In this document: one piece after another, positions 47,332 through 57,637 of the stretch
How positions within the stretch are numbered: position 1 is the first letter of the stretch
Layout of the letters: each line of letters starts with the position of its first letter
Assembly: GCA_964648985.1 (NCBI GenBank)
Contig: CAZYMS010000004.1
Coordinates: 2,793-66,792 of the forward strand
Reading direction: 5' to 3'
Source of the DNA: an uncultured Candidatus Saccharibacteria bacterium
GTDB taxonomy: Bacteria > Patescibacteriota > Doudnabacteria > UBA920
DNA length: 64,000 bases
Program-made: the position numbers and the translations under genes
Notes under the pieces: model-generated
Database searches by the model: none
The model's input: the letters and a program-made list of their open reading frames with translations, nothing else
Told to the model about the DNA's origin: nothing

Positions 47332-47933
47332 ATGAGAAAAATAATACTGTTCATGGTTATATCCCTTGATGGTTTTGTCGGGGGGCCGCAGAGTGAACTA
47401 GACTTTGAAATTCGCGATGAAGAGATTGGTCGGTTTTTAATTCCAGCCCTTTTGCAAAATGTAGATAGCATGGTTATGGGCCATGGGCTCTACAAAGGGT
47501 TTACCCAGGCCTGGCCTGCTATGGCGAAAGACCTCAATAGTCCGGCAGACTTAGTAGAATTTGCTCAGGGGGTCGAAAATTCCCCAAAGTACGTATTTCA
47601 CACACCGCTGCTGAGTCGCTCGATAATGACGAGTGGAAAAATACTACCATGATTCAAGCGCAGGGCGACGAAGAAGTTAGGGCTGAAATAACAAAGTTAA
47701 AACAAAGTTCAGGAAAAGATATTGTGCTCTTTGGTGGTGTGCGCATGGCGCAAACCTTAGTACGCTTAGGGCTAGTAGACGAATATCGTTTTAAGATTCA
47801 ACCAATGGCACTTGGTGCTGGACAGCCGCTCTTTGTAGGTCTCACCCAGCGGGCTAACTTAAAGCTTACATTCTCCAAAGTGTTCGATTCGGGGTGGTTG
47901 CACTTTACTACGTGCCTAAACAATAATCATTGA
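47332..47933 (+). pseudogene. dihydrofolate-reductase-family (RibD C-terminal domain) gene interrupted by a frameshift near 47617-47622
   Basis: The first ORF 'MRKIILFMVISLDGFVGGPQSELDF...' and the second ORF, when extended upstream as 'DNDEWKNTTMIQAQGDEEVRAEITKLKQSSGKDIVLFGGVRMAQTLVRLGLVDEYRFKIQPMALGAGQPLF', together reconstruct one ~185-aa RibD_C/DHFR-family protein. Confidence 0.6.
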
Positions 47934-48025
47934 AAAATTCCCAAGCAGCAGCTTGGGAATTTTTGTATTTACAAACCTGATGGCTGAGGGTAGTATGAGG
48001 TAGTAGGGTAATTTACTCAAAATAT

Positions 48026-48319
48026 ATGTGGAAAGAATATACAGAATATTTTCGAAATAATCCCGAAGGCTACTGGTTTAAGGCTAAGCTATATGGTTGG
48101 GGTTGGACACCGGTAAAATGGCAGGGGTGGGTGGCAATTTTGGTATATCTGTTTGCTGTATTTGCGTTTGCATTAACTTTGAATAATGATTCACCTCCCC
48201 GCGAAGTAGTCTTTACTTTTGTGCTGCCTACCGCAATTCTGACTGCTGCGCTCATTCGTTTGTGCTACAAAACCGGGGAAAAACCCCATTGGCAGTGGGG
48301 TCCACCGAAGCAGAAATAA
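48026..48319 (+). CDS. hypothetical membrane protein
   Basis: 97 aa with two TM helices. Confidence 0.4.
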   Translation: MWKEYTEYFRNNPEGYWFKAKLYGWGWTPVKWQGWVAILVYLFAVFAFALTLNNDSPPREVVFTFVLPTAILTAALIRLCYKTGEKPHWQWGPPKQK

Positions 48320-48359
48320 TCTCAAGAGAGTTTGGGCAACTTTTGCTATACATTTATAT

Positions 48360-48830
48360 ATGGACAAAACTACATTTGATTGGAAAAAATATATAATGGA
48401 ATGTATGCAGTCTACGAATTTTTGCACATTGGGCACTGTAGATAAAAAGGGGGTGTGGACCAATCCTGTATTTTTTGCTTGGGATAACAAGCTCAATTTG
48501 TATTTTATTTCTCAAATGCATTCTCGCCATATGCAAAACTTGCAAAAAGATGGTCGCATATCCGTGGCCATATATAGTACTGAACAAATGGGCGACGTTG
48601 CCGGCATCCAGCTTGAAGGTACAGCTCAGATTTTGCTAAATGATGCACCGGCTATCCAGCATGCATTTGATACATATTTTGCGAGGGCAGGTAAGGGGAA
48701 TGATGTGCAGCAATATATAAACAATCCTACATGGATATTTGTGCAAATTACTCCTGAGTATATGTACTACTTTGACACTCGTTTTTTTGAAGAAGAAAGG
48801 CAGGAGGTGCCGTTGGAAAAATTAATATAG
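48360..48830 (+). CDS. pyridoxamine-5'-phosphate-oxidase-like FMN-binding (split-barrel) protein
   Basis: Resembles the general-stress-protein-26 / PNPOx-like family. Moderate. Confidence 0.5.
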   Translation: MDKTTFDWKKYIMECMQSTNFCTLGTVDKKGVWTNPVFFAWDNKLNLYFISQMHSRHMQNLQKDGRISVAIYSTEQMGDVAGIQLEGTAQILLNDAPAIQHAFDTYFARAGKGNDVQQYINNPTWIFVQITPEYMYYFDTRFFEEERQEVPLEKLI

Positions 48831-48873
48831 TTATAACGTACCTGGTCTAAGGTTAATTTGAGGAGAAGGATAT

Positions 48874-49758
48874 ATGCAAAAGATTATAACGCATTTGTGG
48901 TTTGATAAGGAAGCAAAAGAGGCGAGCGAGTTTTATGTTTCTTTATTTCCGGACTCAAAAATCAGTAACGTCCGCACTATCACCGGTACGCCGTCGGGTG
49001 ATTGCGATATAGTAAACTTTGTGTTAGCAGACCAGGGATTTATGGCTATAAGTGCGGGGCCATACTTTAAGCTCAACCCATCCATTTCCCTGTTCGCAGT
49101 GTTTGAAAATGAAGAAGATATCACTGCAGCATGGAACAAGCTTATAGAAGGCGGTAAAGCGCTTATGGCGTTTGATACCTATCCGTGGGCGCATAAGTAT
49201 GGTTGGGTCCAGGACAAGTACGGGCTTACCTGGCAACTCTCTATGAGCGAACATCACCAGGTGGCGCAGCGCATAACCCCACTACTTATGTATACGCAAA
49301 GTATGGCGGGTAAAACAAAAGAAGCCATAGAACATTATACCAGTGTATTTCCAGATTCAAACGTAGAAATGATGGTGCCATATAACGAAGGTGAAGGAGA
49401 TGTTGCGGGGTATATAAAGCATTCCCGCTTTAGTTTGCTTGGTCAGAATTTTATGGCCATGGATAGCTCTGGCAAACATGATTTTGTATTTAATGAGGCT
49501 ATTTCATTTGTTGTGCATTGCAATACACAAGAAGAAATAGATACGTACTGGGAAAAACTTTCGGCGGACCCTTCAGCGGAACAATGTGGTTGGCTCAAAG
49601 ATAGGTTTGGCGTATCTTGGCAAATAGTACCAGCTGCTATGAGCGAAATGATGGAGCGTGCTACTAAGGAGCAAATGGATAGGATAACACAAGCGTTTCT
49701 AAAAATGAAAAAGTTTAACATCGCTGAGCTACAAAAGGCATATGAATCAGGTGTTTAG
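48874..49758 (+). CDS. tandem two-domain VOC / PhnB-like protein
   Basis: Two PhnB-like halves, each beginning with '..LWFDKEAKEA.EFY..'-type motifs. Confidence 0.65.
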   Translation: MQKIITHLWFDKEAKEASEFYVSLFPDSKISNVRTITGTPSGDCDIVNFVLADQGFMAISAGPYFKLNPSISLFAVFENEEDITAAWNKLIEGGKALMAFDTYPWAHKYGWVQDKYGLTWQLSMSEHHQVAQRITPLLMYTQSMAGKTKEAIEHYTSVFPDSNVEMMVPYNEGEGDVAGYIKHSRFSLLGQNFMAMDSSGKHDFVFNEAISFVVHCNTQEEIDTYWEKLSADPSAEQCGWLKDRFGVSWQIVPAAMSEMMERATKEQMDRITQAFLKMKKFNIAELQKAYESGV

Positions 49759-49842
49759 TAGAAGAAAGTAAGCTGATAAAAACAGTAGCGAAAGCTGCTG
49801 TTTTTTGTTATGGTTAATTAATAAGTTATTAAATTAACACAT

Positions 49843-50298
49843 ATGGAAAAAATACATTTCTCTATCTTCATACATGCCCCGCGCGAGAAAGTGTGGCACA
49901 CCATGCTCGATGATAGTACGTATCGCCAGTGGACTGCTGCATTTAACCCGGGTTCGTACTACAAGGGCGACTGGAATAAGGGTTCGAAAATACTATTCCT
50001 TGGACCGGAAACTCAACCTGGCGAAGGTGAGGGTGGTATGGCTAGTCGCATAGCAGAGAATAGAGAGTTCGAGTTTATATCTATAGAGCACGTAGGCATA
50101 GTAAAAAATGGGGTAGAGGACACTGAAAGCGAGGAAGCAAAGAAGTGGTCGCCAGCATTCGAAAACTATACATTTACCGATAAGGGTGACGGCACAGAGG
50201 TAGTAGTAGAAATGGATATTATGCCTGAGTATAAAGAAATGTTTGAGGGTATGTGGCCCAAAGCCTTGGAAAAACTTAAAGAAGTAGCTGAGCAATAG
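49843..50298 (+). CDS. SRPBCC-family protein (AHSA1/YndB-like)
   Basis: 'HFSIFIHAPREKVWHTMLDDSTYRQWTAAFNPGSYYKGDW' is AHSA1-domain-like. Confidence 0.6.
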   Translation: MEKIHFSIFIHAPREKVWHTMLDDSTYRQWTAAFNPGSYYKGDWNKGSKILFLGPETQPGEGEGGMASRIAENREFEFISIEHVGIVKNGVEDTESEEAKKWSPAFENYTFTDKGDGTEVVVEMDIMPEYKEMFEGMWPKALEKLKEVAEQ

Positions 50299-50304
50299 AT
50301 TATA

Positions 50305-50673
50305 ATGACAAACATAAAAGATATAGATGCGTATATTCGCACGTATCCCGAAGATGTTCAGCAGTTATTGAAAAAAGTACGACAGGTAATTCGGGCGGTA
50401 GCGCCTAAAGCAGAAGAATGTATTAAATACGGCCTTCCTACTTTCATGCTGAATGGAAAAAACTTAGTTCACTTTGGTGGTTTTAAAAATCATATTGGGT
50501 TTTATCCAGCGCCTTCCGGTATAATTGCTTTTAAAAAAGAACTTTCAAAATACGGAGGTGCGAAGGGTTCCATTCAATTTTCACTTGATAAACCCCTACC
50601 ACTTATACTTATAAAAAAGATTACGCAGTTTCGCGTTAAAGAAAATATGAAACTCGTCAAGAAAAATATGTAA
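50305..50673 (+). CDS. DUF1801 (YdhG-like) family protein
   Basis: 'KYGLPTFMLNGKNLVHFGGFKNHIGFYP' is typical of DUF1801. Confidence 0.6.
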   Translation: MTNIKDIDAYIRTYPEDVQQLLKKVRQVIRAVAPKAEECIKYGLPTFMLNGKNLVHFGGFKNHIGFYPAPSGIIAFKKELSKYGGAKGSIQFSLDKPLPLILIKKITQFRVKENMKLVKKNM

Positions 50674-50726
50674 GGGAAATTACGAGAGTCCCCGCTGCGG
50701 GTAATTATTGTGCGGGAGGTTCGAAT

Positions 50727-50767
50727 AAAAAAACCGCTTCTCAGGCCGAGAAGTGGTTTTTTTATCC
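50727..50767 (+). terminator. rho-independent terminator AAAAAAACCGCTTCTC-AGGCC-GAGAAGTGGTTTTTTT
   Basis: 9-bp stem plus a T7 tract, 53 nt after the stop. Confidence 0.65.
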
Positions 50768-51344
50768 TGCACACAGTCTTTAGCGCAGAAGTCCTGTTGT
50801 ATGCAGTAGAAGGAGAAGTACTGTTACTGAGATAAGCAAGAAGCAGAAGAAAATACTTGGTCTACACGAGAGTCCCAGCTACACCATGATCGTCATACTT
50901 TTCAGGCGGTCTCCCATACATCCATTCGTTACATAACGTACTGGATATTTATTGTAGGATCCTTGCTTTTATATTGGCTTCCTTTGCCACTTCAAGAGTA
51001 GAGCGAGAAGAGATATTCCAATTTGTATAACCAAGCGGCTCCATACGCTCGATTCTATGAGAAAGCTGGCTTGGTATAGCTTTGTCTGAGATCCAAGAGT
51101 GTTGAGGTAATAGAATTCCGCTTGCCTCGCATTTTCGGTGATGTGAGGCTGTTCTATACCTTCTGTACTGTGCATATCTTGCCCGATAGATTTTACGAAT
51201 TTGCTAATAAAGGTTTTTTGGGTTGATATAGTTGCAATTATTTATTAGATAATCAGTTTTTGTTCTATGGTGCTATAGGCGACAGGCTGTCATTGTTACA
51301 ACCATCTGATGGTCTGATATAATACTAAGAAATATAAATATACT

Positions 51345-52007
51345 ATGCGCATACTTATTGTCGAAGATACAAGCGAACTTGCACATGCGTTACAGCACCA
51401 TTTAAAGGAAGTTGGTTTTACAGTCGATGTCGCTCTTGATGGAGCCAGTGGCATTGCGTGCGCCCGAAGAATAGAGTATGATCTTCTTATTTTGGATTAT
51501 ACCCTTCCGGGTAAGAGTGGCCGCGATATCTGTCTGGAACTAAGAGCGGATGGAAGTAGTGTGCCTATTCTTATGCTGTCTGTTATTTCAGATAGTACTA
51601 GTAAAGCCGATTTGCTTTCCGTGGGGGCGGATGATTATATGAGTAAGCCTTTTTCCGTGAACGAACTCATTGCTCGGGTCCGGGCCTTGCTTCGCAGACC
51701 TGCCCGTATTGCCCCAGAAGAATATCGGGTGGGAGATATAATTATTGATTTGTCCAAACAGATTGTCCACAAGGATAATATGTTGATTGATACTACGGCG
51801 AAAGAGTTTAGATTATTGGAATATCTGGTTCGTAACCGTGGGAGTGTGCTTACGAGAGCAAAGATAATGGAGCATGCTTGGGACATGAACGGTGATGCGT
51901 TCTCGAATTCAATAGAAACCCATATATTAAACATTCGAAAGAAAATAGGAGATAGTAATCATTCGCTTATCGTAACTGTGCCTGGAAGAGGGTATATGAT
52001 CCGCTAA
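51345..52007 (+). CDS. OmpR-family response regulator (REC plus winged-helix)
   Basis: 'ILIVEDTSELA', 'LLILDYTLPGKSG', phosphoacceptor-site context, and C-terminal 'LTVPGRGY'. Confidence 0.85.
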   Translation: MRILIVEDTSELAHALQHHLKEVGFTVDVALDGASGIACARRIEYDLLILDYTLPGKSGRDICLELRADGSSVPILMLSVISDSTSKADLLSVGADDYMSKPFSVNELIARVRALLRRPARIAPEEYRVGDIIIDLSKQIVHKDNMLIDTTAKEFRLLEYLVRNRGSVLTRAKIMEHAWDMNGDAFSNSIETHILNIRKKIGDSNHSLIVTVPGRGYMIR

Positions 52008-52264
52008 TTTTTATAAAAATTTTATTATTTCTTGAGCTGCGCGAGTTTATACTTACTATGAAGTCACAGGTCGAAGGCTTCGGAGTTAAAGATTTTATAT
52101 AAGGCTTACCTTGGAGACGAAAGCTCAGAAACAATGAAACAAATAATAGAGTCCATTTTAACTAATCCACAAGCTCGCACAGCTGAGAATGTGGAGGCCG
52201 CGTTCCTTTCTTCCATTGAGTTCGCACCGTGGCGTGAGTAGAGGCGCTGAATTATTTTAATATT

Positions 52265-53710
52265 ATGAAAACGCTGACTTTCCGAAAGCGTCTGGAAATT
52301 ATACGTAGATTCTTTCATGAAAGTGGCGTTTTTCTTTACTCTCGTTTTATTGCCCCTCGCGCAGAGGACGACGACGACCGCCGGAGGGAATTCATTCTTA
52401 CCGTTGTTTTGCTCGCGACTCTTTTTTTGCTCTTTTGTGCGGAACTTAGTGTATTTTGTGATAGTGTCCGCTTTGGAAGTGGCTACCATGGTGTGAAACC
52501 TGGTCCGTTCTTTGTGCTTATTGCGTTCATTTTTTGTCTGTATGTTTCGTCTCGCAAAGGGTACTTTACCTTTGCGTCCTATGCACTGTTATTTCTGTAC
52601 TTTATAGGGACTGCTTATAGTATGTTCAAATGGGGTGCTGCACTTCCTGTAGTGCTTGTGTCATGTGCGGCTATTATTGTTATGGCTAGTATACTTATTG
52701 GCACTCGGTTCGGCTTTATAGCTACGGGCGTTGTTATTGGTACCTTATTTATTATTGGATATTTGCAGATATATGGCTCCGTGCATCCTGAATTGTATTG
52801 GCAGTCTCGGGAATTCAGGCTGTTCGGCGATGGCATTGTGTATGCAATACTCCTTTTGTTCATTGGAGTTGTCTCCTGGCTTTCAAACCGCGAAAAAGAA
52901 AATTCCTTACGCCGTGCCCGCTCATCTGAGGCGGCTTTGCTCGCAGAGCGTGATTTGCTCGAAATAAAAGTTGAAGAGAGAACTGAGGAGCTTAAAAGAA
53001 TGCAGCTCGATGAAATGTCACGTATGTACAGGTTTGTTGAATTTGGGAGGCTTGCGTCCGGTATAGTGCACGATCTTATGAGTCCCCTTACTGCCATTTC
53101 ACTCAATATCCCCAAGCTTGATGTAAACGATGCGAATACTATTGAAGCAGCAAAAATCTCGCTTGAGCGCGCAGTGAGCGCAAGTCAGCGCATGGGTAGT
53201 TTTATGCAGGCTGTACGAAATCAGATGGGCGAGCAAGAGTTGCAGGCACCTTTTTCGGTCAATGAACAAATTGCTTCTGTGGTAGAGCTGTTCCATTATA
53301 AAGCTCAAGTAGGTGGTATTTTGCTTAAATATAAACCTCCAGAAAGAGACGTTACTCTTTTTGGCAATGCGCTCAAGTTCCATCAGGTTGTAGCCAATTT
53401 AGTCTCAAATGCTCTTGATGCGTGCGTGCGAGCTTCGAATGCAGAGCCCCAGAATGTAAGTTTGTTTCTGTGTCTCCGTCCCGATACTATGGCTTTACAT
53501 GTCCAGGATACAGGTCCAGGAATTTTACCAGAACATATGGACAAAATGTTTGAACCATTTTTTACTACAAAATCAATTCAAGAGGGTACTGGTATTGGTC
53601 TTTCAACTGCCAAGTATATAGTGGAGAATAGCTTTAAAGGAAATATTACCCCAGTCAACATTCCTGGTGGGGGAGCACTCTTTGTGGTTAGTATTCCTTT
53701 GTCGAGCTGA
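52265..53710 (+). CDS. sensor histidine kinase with a polytopic membrane sensor region
   Basis: H-box 'IVHDLMSPLTAI'. HATPase 'NLVSNALDA', 'DTGPGI', 'GTGIGLSTAKYIV'. Confidence 0.8.
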   Translation: MKTLTFRKRLEIIRRFFHESGVFLYSRFIAPRAEDDDDRRREFILTVVLLATLFLLFCAELSVFCDSVRFGSGYHGVKPGPFFVLIAFIFCLYVSSRKGYFTFASYALLFLYFIGTAYSMFKWGAALPVVLVSCAAIIVMASILIGTRFGFIATGVVIGTLFIIGYLQIYGSVHPELYWQSREFRLFGDGIVYAILLLFIGVVSWLSNREKENSLRRARSSEAALLAERDLLEIKVEERTEELKRMQLDEMSRMYRFVEFGRLASGIVHDLMSPLTAISLNIPKLDVNDANTIEAAKISLERAVSASQRMGSFMQAVRNQMGEQELQAPFSVNEQIASVVELFHYKAQVGGILLKYKPPERDVTLFGNALKFHQVVANLVSNALDACVRASNAEPQNVSLFLCLRPDTMALHVQDTGPGILPEHMDKMFEPFFTTKSIQEGTGIGLSTAKYIVENSFKGNITPVNIPGGGALFVVSIPLSS

Positions 53711-53718
53711 AGAGGAGT

Positions 53719-55671
53719 ATGGATACTAAGATTTTGAACACTCTAACGTTGGAGTGCCTTGGCTTTATTGCACAAGCGCAGGAGTTAAGTGGCGCATTTC
53801 TAAGTGCATCTCGTTCGCTTTCTGCAGATATGTCGGAGAGAGTGTATGCGAGTCCGTTTTTTACAGGCTTAATTGTCCATGCGCTCAGCGCGGTGTCAGC
53901 AGACTATAGGGCGGTATCTTCCATTCAAAAACGAGCGTGCGCATATTTGCTCAGCCAGCAGAGCGAGCTGTGTTCTTTTAACTACTGGCAAAGGGGATCG
54001 GATATGGCCCGAGAATTCCCATACCCCGATGACCTTGATGATACGTTTTCCATACTGTCTGCGCTTGTTCGCGTTAGGCCTGAACTGTGTAATGGTGGAA
54101 CTCTTGCACACATTGCTCGTTTGCTTATTGCTACTGAAACCAATGCCGGTGGGCCCTATAGAACGTGGCTTAGTACAAAGCTATCTACCCCTTCCGAAGA
54201 ATTACTTCCCGACATTGCCGTTAATGCCAATGTTGCGTACTTCTTAAAACTCCAGGGCCTGCATGTAGAGCCGTTACTAAATTATTTACATAGCCAGATA
54301 CAGTCTGGTGCTCTTGTATCCCGGTACTACCCATCCATATGGCCCGTACTCTATTTTCTTGCACGGAGTATGCCGCGTACTTCATACGGTGTGCTCATAA
54401 GTTATATAAGAAAAGAATCGCCGGCCTTAGATGCAGCGCCAGACTTGCTGTTGTATGCGCTTCGCTTGCTGGCGCTTGTTTATGTAGATGCATCGTCCGA
54501 TCTTGTCGTCTCCGCACAGAATTCCTTAGTCACACTCATGCGGTATGGAAGGAAGGTATCGCCATTTTGTTTTGATCCTGTTATAATCGGCTCCCAGTAT
54601 GCTGCGCATTCAGAGGCCCTTACAAGGGCTTTGGCCCTAGAATCCCTTTGGCTTTCGAACGCAACCTACAAACCGTTTAGTTCGGTCCACAAGCTTAGTA
54701 AACAGGTGGGAGTGGTAGCTCCAGATTTTCACACGACCGTGCATGCGGCTGTATCAAAGTGCATACAAAGTTTGCCGGGACAAATTGCTGAAAGTGCGCA
54801 GGAGATTCACGCGGCTCTTATACGCAAAGATATTCACCATGAAATAGCGCTATTGCCAAGTTGGTTTGCTAAGAAAAAAATCGAACTGCACACTCCTTTG
54901 GGCGAGGTGGCGGTACGTTTGGGCGCGGCCTCTGTATTTGGCTGGATGGCTTACACTATATACGACACTATTATGGATACGGCACATGGTACGAAGTTAT
55001 TGCCTGTAGCCAATACTTTTTTGCTTGAGCTCTCATGTATATATGGCGATTTGCTGAAATCCGCCCCGAAAGGTCTAGACTTATTTAAAACCTTAATTGC
55101 ACGCATGGAGGCTGGTAATTTGTGGGAGCTTTCGTATGCTCGTATGCAGGTTCTAAATGGGGTTTTCGTGTTGCCAGAACAGGATATACCTTTTTTGCCT
55201 ATGCAACCCGCAGAAAAGTCGATTGGTCACTCATTGGCCCCGCTCATTTTTTCTTTTATTCAGAGCGATAGGCCAGAGGTTTTTGATGGGGCTGCTATAC
55301 TTCGTTTTTTTGAACACTACTTAACAGCCAGACAACTCAATGATGATGCTCACGACTGGTTCGAAGACATATGCGTTGGACAGCTTACTATGGTCAATAC
55401 CATGGTTCTTCGAGGTTGTGGCGGAAAAGTGCCAGTGGATGTTATTGGCCAAAAACTGACCATGCAGCGATATTTTTGGAATACTGTATTGCCGCACATT
55501 GCACAAACTATTACCTATCACGTAACTGAAGCACGTGCAGCTCTGCACGTTTTGCACTTACCAGAGTCGTTTCGTATAGAGAAGAGCCTGCTTAATCCTT
55601 TGGAAAAGTCTGCGCGTACTGCCCTTGCAGACAGTATAAATGCAGCGCGTTTTTTAAAAGAATATGCGTAA
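53719..55671 (+). CDS. hypothetical 650-aa protein co-transcribed with the two-component system
   Basis: It starts 9 nt after the kinase gene. It contains 'YPDDLDDTFSILSAL' (a DxDDT-like motif) and 'LNDDAHDWFED'. No confident family assignment. Confidence 0.5.
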   Translation: MDTKILNTLTLECLGFIAQAQELSGAFLSASRSLSADMSERVYASPFFTGLIVHALSAVSADYRAVSSIQKRACAYLLSQQSELCSFNYWQRGSDMAREFPYPDDLDDTFSILSALVRVRPELCNGGTLAHIARLLIATETNAGGPYRTWLSTKLSTPSEELLPDIAVNANVAYFLKLQGLHVEPLLNYLHSQIQSGALVSRYYPSIWPVLYFLARSMPRTSYGVLISYIRKESPALDAAPDLLLYALRLLALVYVDASSDLVVSAQNSLVTLMRYGRKVSPFCFDPVIIGSQYAAHSEALTRALALESLWLSNATYKPFSSVHKLSKQVGVVAPDFHTTVHAAVSKCIQSLPGQIAESAQEIHAALIRKDIHHEIALLPSWFAKKKIELHTPLGEVAVRLGAASVFGWMAYTIYDTIMDTAHGTKLLPVANTFLLELSCIYGDLLKSAPKGLDLFKTLIARMEAGNLWELSYARMQVLNGVFVLPEQDIPFLPMQPAEKSIGHSLAPLIFSFIQSDRPEVFDGAAILRFFEHYLTARQLNDDAHDWFEDICVGQLTMVNTMVLRGCGGKVPVDVIGQKLTMQRYFWNTVLPHIAQTITYHVTEARAALHVLHLPESFRIEKSLLNPLEKSARTALADSINAARFLKEYA

Positions 55672-55674
55672 CAA

Positions 55675-55707
55675 AAAATTCCCGAGCGGCTCCCCTCGGA
55701 AATTTTG
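55675..55707. terminator. bidirectional hairpin TTCCCGAG-cggctccc-CTCGGAAA flanked by an A-tract and a T-tract
   Basis: Between convergent genes. Confidence 0.45.
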
Positions 55708-56526
55708 TTATTTTATTAGATCTACCACGCGCCCTGTTTTTGTTTCCCAGAAAACCATTTTGCTGACTGCGCCTTTATCGGACTCTTCTTCATAGAAGCT
55801 CAGTATATAGCCAAATGGTACATTGGTTACGCCCACTAATGTGTATTTCTCAGGACTCTTTTTATACCACGGCATATTGGTTTTAAGGAGTGTATTGATG
55901 GTGCTGCCCTTTGCTTCTATTGCGTGTTCGTTTAAGTTGTATGTGACGAACTGAATGTCGTTATGTTCGGGTGCGCCAGTAAAGTAGGTGATTTGATCCC
56001 CATTCTGCAAGAAGTCACTCCCAGCTAGGCCAATCTCGCTAATAATATTTTTCACTTCCAGCGTATCTCCAAGCCATACTTCATATATTTTATCGAATGT
56101 ATATATACCGTCTTTCCCTCTGTTCGCTGCAGAAACTAAATAGTACCCTGCACGTATATTTTCTATACTGTAAGTGCCATTAAAAACCGCGTGCTCATAC
56201 GTAATAAAAGGACTATCAGTGTCGGTAAACATGTATTCCTTTCCACTGCTGCTTGTGAGTTTAAGGCTGGTGCGTCCGTCTTCTTTTGATGAAAGTGTCT
56301 CAATTTTCCCATACTCGCTGACGAGTAAGGTTTGCATGCAGCCGTATGTGGACCCTTCGGCGCACCTCTCTAATTCCTGAGGAGATGGGTTAGTGGTTTG
56401 GGTAGAGATTGCGGCTAATTGTTCTGCTCGCAAGTTTCCTAGTTCGCGTTTGCTCACTAAAATAACAAGGAGTATGCATGCAAGCGATAATGCTGCAATC
56501 ATACCAACTTTTATTCTTACATTCAT
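55708..56526 (-). CDS. secreted hypothetical protein
   Basis: Signal peptide 'MNVRIKVGMIAALSLACILLVILVS'. Confidence 0.5.
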   Translation of the reverse strand: MNVRIKVGMIAALSLACILLVILVSKRELGNLRAEQLAAISTQTTNPSPQELERCAEGSTYGCMQTLLVSEYGKIETLSSKEDGRTSLKLTSSSGKEYMFTDTDSPFITYEHAVFNGTYSIENIRAGYYLVSAANRGKDGIYTFDKIYEVWLGDTLEVKNIISEIGLAGSDFLQNGDQITYFTGAPEHNDIQFVTYNLNEHAIEAKGSTINTLLKTNMPWYKKSPEKYTLVGVTNVPFGYILSFYEEESDKGAVSKMVFWETKTGRVVDLIK

Positions 56527-56658
56527 ACTATGTATTGGCTAATCCGAAAATTTATATATTTATAGTATATCAAAATTCGCTAATGCTCTCATCTCTGTAC
56601 AGGCTTACCTTTGCATTGTATGATGATGAGGCAAAGATATTAACTTTATCCACTAATT

Positions 56659-57000
56659 ATGAGCGATTTAGCAGTTACAGAACTTAAAAAAGAAATTATT
56701 ACTGAGGGTGCTGGCCAGGAGGCAAAAGCAGGGGACACGGTAGAAGTCCACTATACTGGTACACTTCTCGATGGTAGCAAGTTCGATTCAAGTCTTGACC
56801 GCGGACAACCATTCTCATTTCCACTTGGCGCAGGTATGGTCATAAAAGGCTGGGACCAAGGTGTTGCTGGTATGAAAGTAGGTGAAAAAGTAAAACTAAC
56901 CATTCCAGCAGAGCTTGGCTATGGCGCCATGGGCTACCCACCCGTTATTCCTGCAAACGCCACTTTGATATTCGAAGTAGAATTATTGGGAATTAGCTAA
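56659..57000 (+). CDS. FKBP-type peptidyl-prolyl cis-trans isomerase
   Basis: '[18 protein letters not shown]...[27 protein letters not shown]' is a canonical FKBP domain. Confidence 0.85.
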   Translation: MSDLAVTELKKEIITEGAGQEAKAGDTVEVHYTGTLLDGSKFDSSLDRGQPFSFPLGAGMVIKGWDQGVAGMKVGEKVKLTIPAELGYGAMGYPPVIPANATLIFEVELLGIS

Positions 57001-57038
57001 GCCTGTTTCCCAAATCATTAAAGTGCTATTAATGCGAT

Positions 57039-57518
57039 ATGGCAATTATAGAAACAACATTCGGACCTAAAAAGTATTTAACGCTTAAGAAGTCTATTGC
57101 AATAAGGCAGGTGAGCGATAAAGATATGTATGACCAGGCTGGTAAGAAGCTTGGTGGGTATATGCAGGAGCATGGTCTTGTCCCCAGTGGTCCATGGTCC
57201 GTTATATATTTTACGTGGGACCAGGTAGCAGGAACGACGGATTTGGGTATCGCCTTTCCGGTGAGTAGTCTTGAAAGCGTAGAAGATGCAGATTTGAGTT
57301 TGGTAGAAATTCCAGAGTGTAAAGCTGCTGTGGATGTACTGCATGGCTCGTATGAAGGCCTGGCAACTATCCATCAAGGGCTAATGCAATATGTCCAAGA
57401 AAAGGGATATGCTGGGCAAGGTCTCCCAGCCATGGCGGTAGAGGAGTATGTTGTAGATCCTATGCAGGAGTCTAATCCAGACAATTTAGTCACAAACATT
57501 TACTACTTGCATAACTAG
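57039..57518 (+). CDS. GyrI-like small-molecule-binding domain protein
   Basis: ~160-aa effector-binding (AraC-E_bind/GyrI-like) pattern. Confidence 0.55.
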   Translation: MAIIETTFGPKKYLTLKKSIAIRQVSDKDMYDQAGKKLGGYMQEHGLVPSGPWSVIYFTWDQVAGTTDLGIAFPVSSLESVEDADLSLVEIPECKAAVDVLHGSYEGLATIHQGLMQYVQEKGYAGQGLPAMAVEEYVVDPMQESNPDNLVTNIYYLHN

Positions 57519-57637
57519 TACTTTCCTCTATATATAAAAGGCCCAGATATAAGCTGGGTCTTTTATATTGTACTCTTGACAATATTAGTTAAGATGCTAA
57601 ACTATTTAGAGTCTTAATTGATATGTAGTACCTATAT

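Noticed and set aside
50715-50726. tRNA-like T-loop sequence GGTTCGAAT
   Set aside because: No acceptor stem, anticodon arm or CCA context. It sits next to an ordinary terminator hairpin.
50969-51175. 68-aa minus-strand ORF in the 570-bp gap before the response regulator
   Set aside because: No recognisable motif or RBS. It is possibly a remnant, and there is too little evidence to call it.
53873-54247. 124-aa ORF nested in the 650-aa gene
   Set aside because: Alternative frame inside a long, well-supported ORF.
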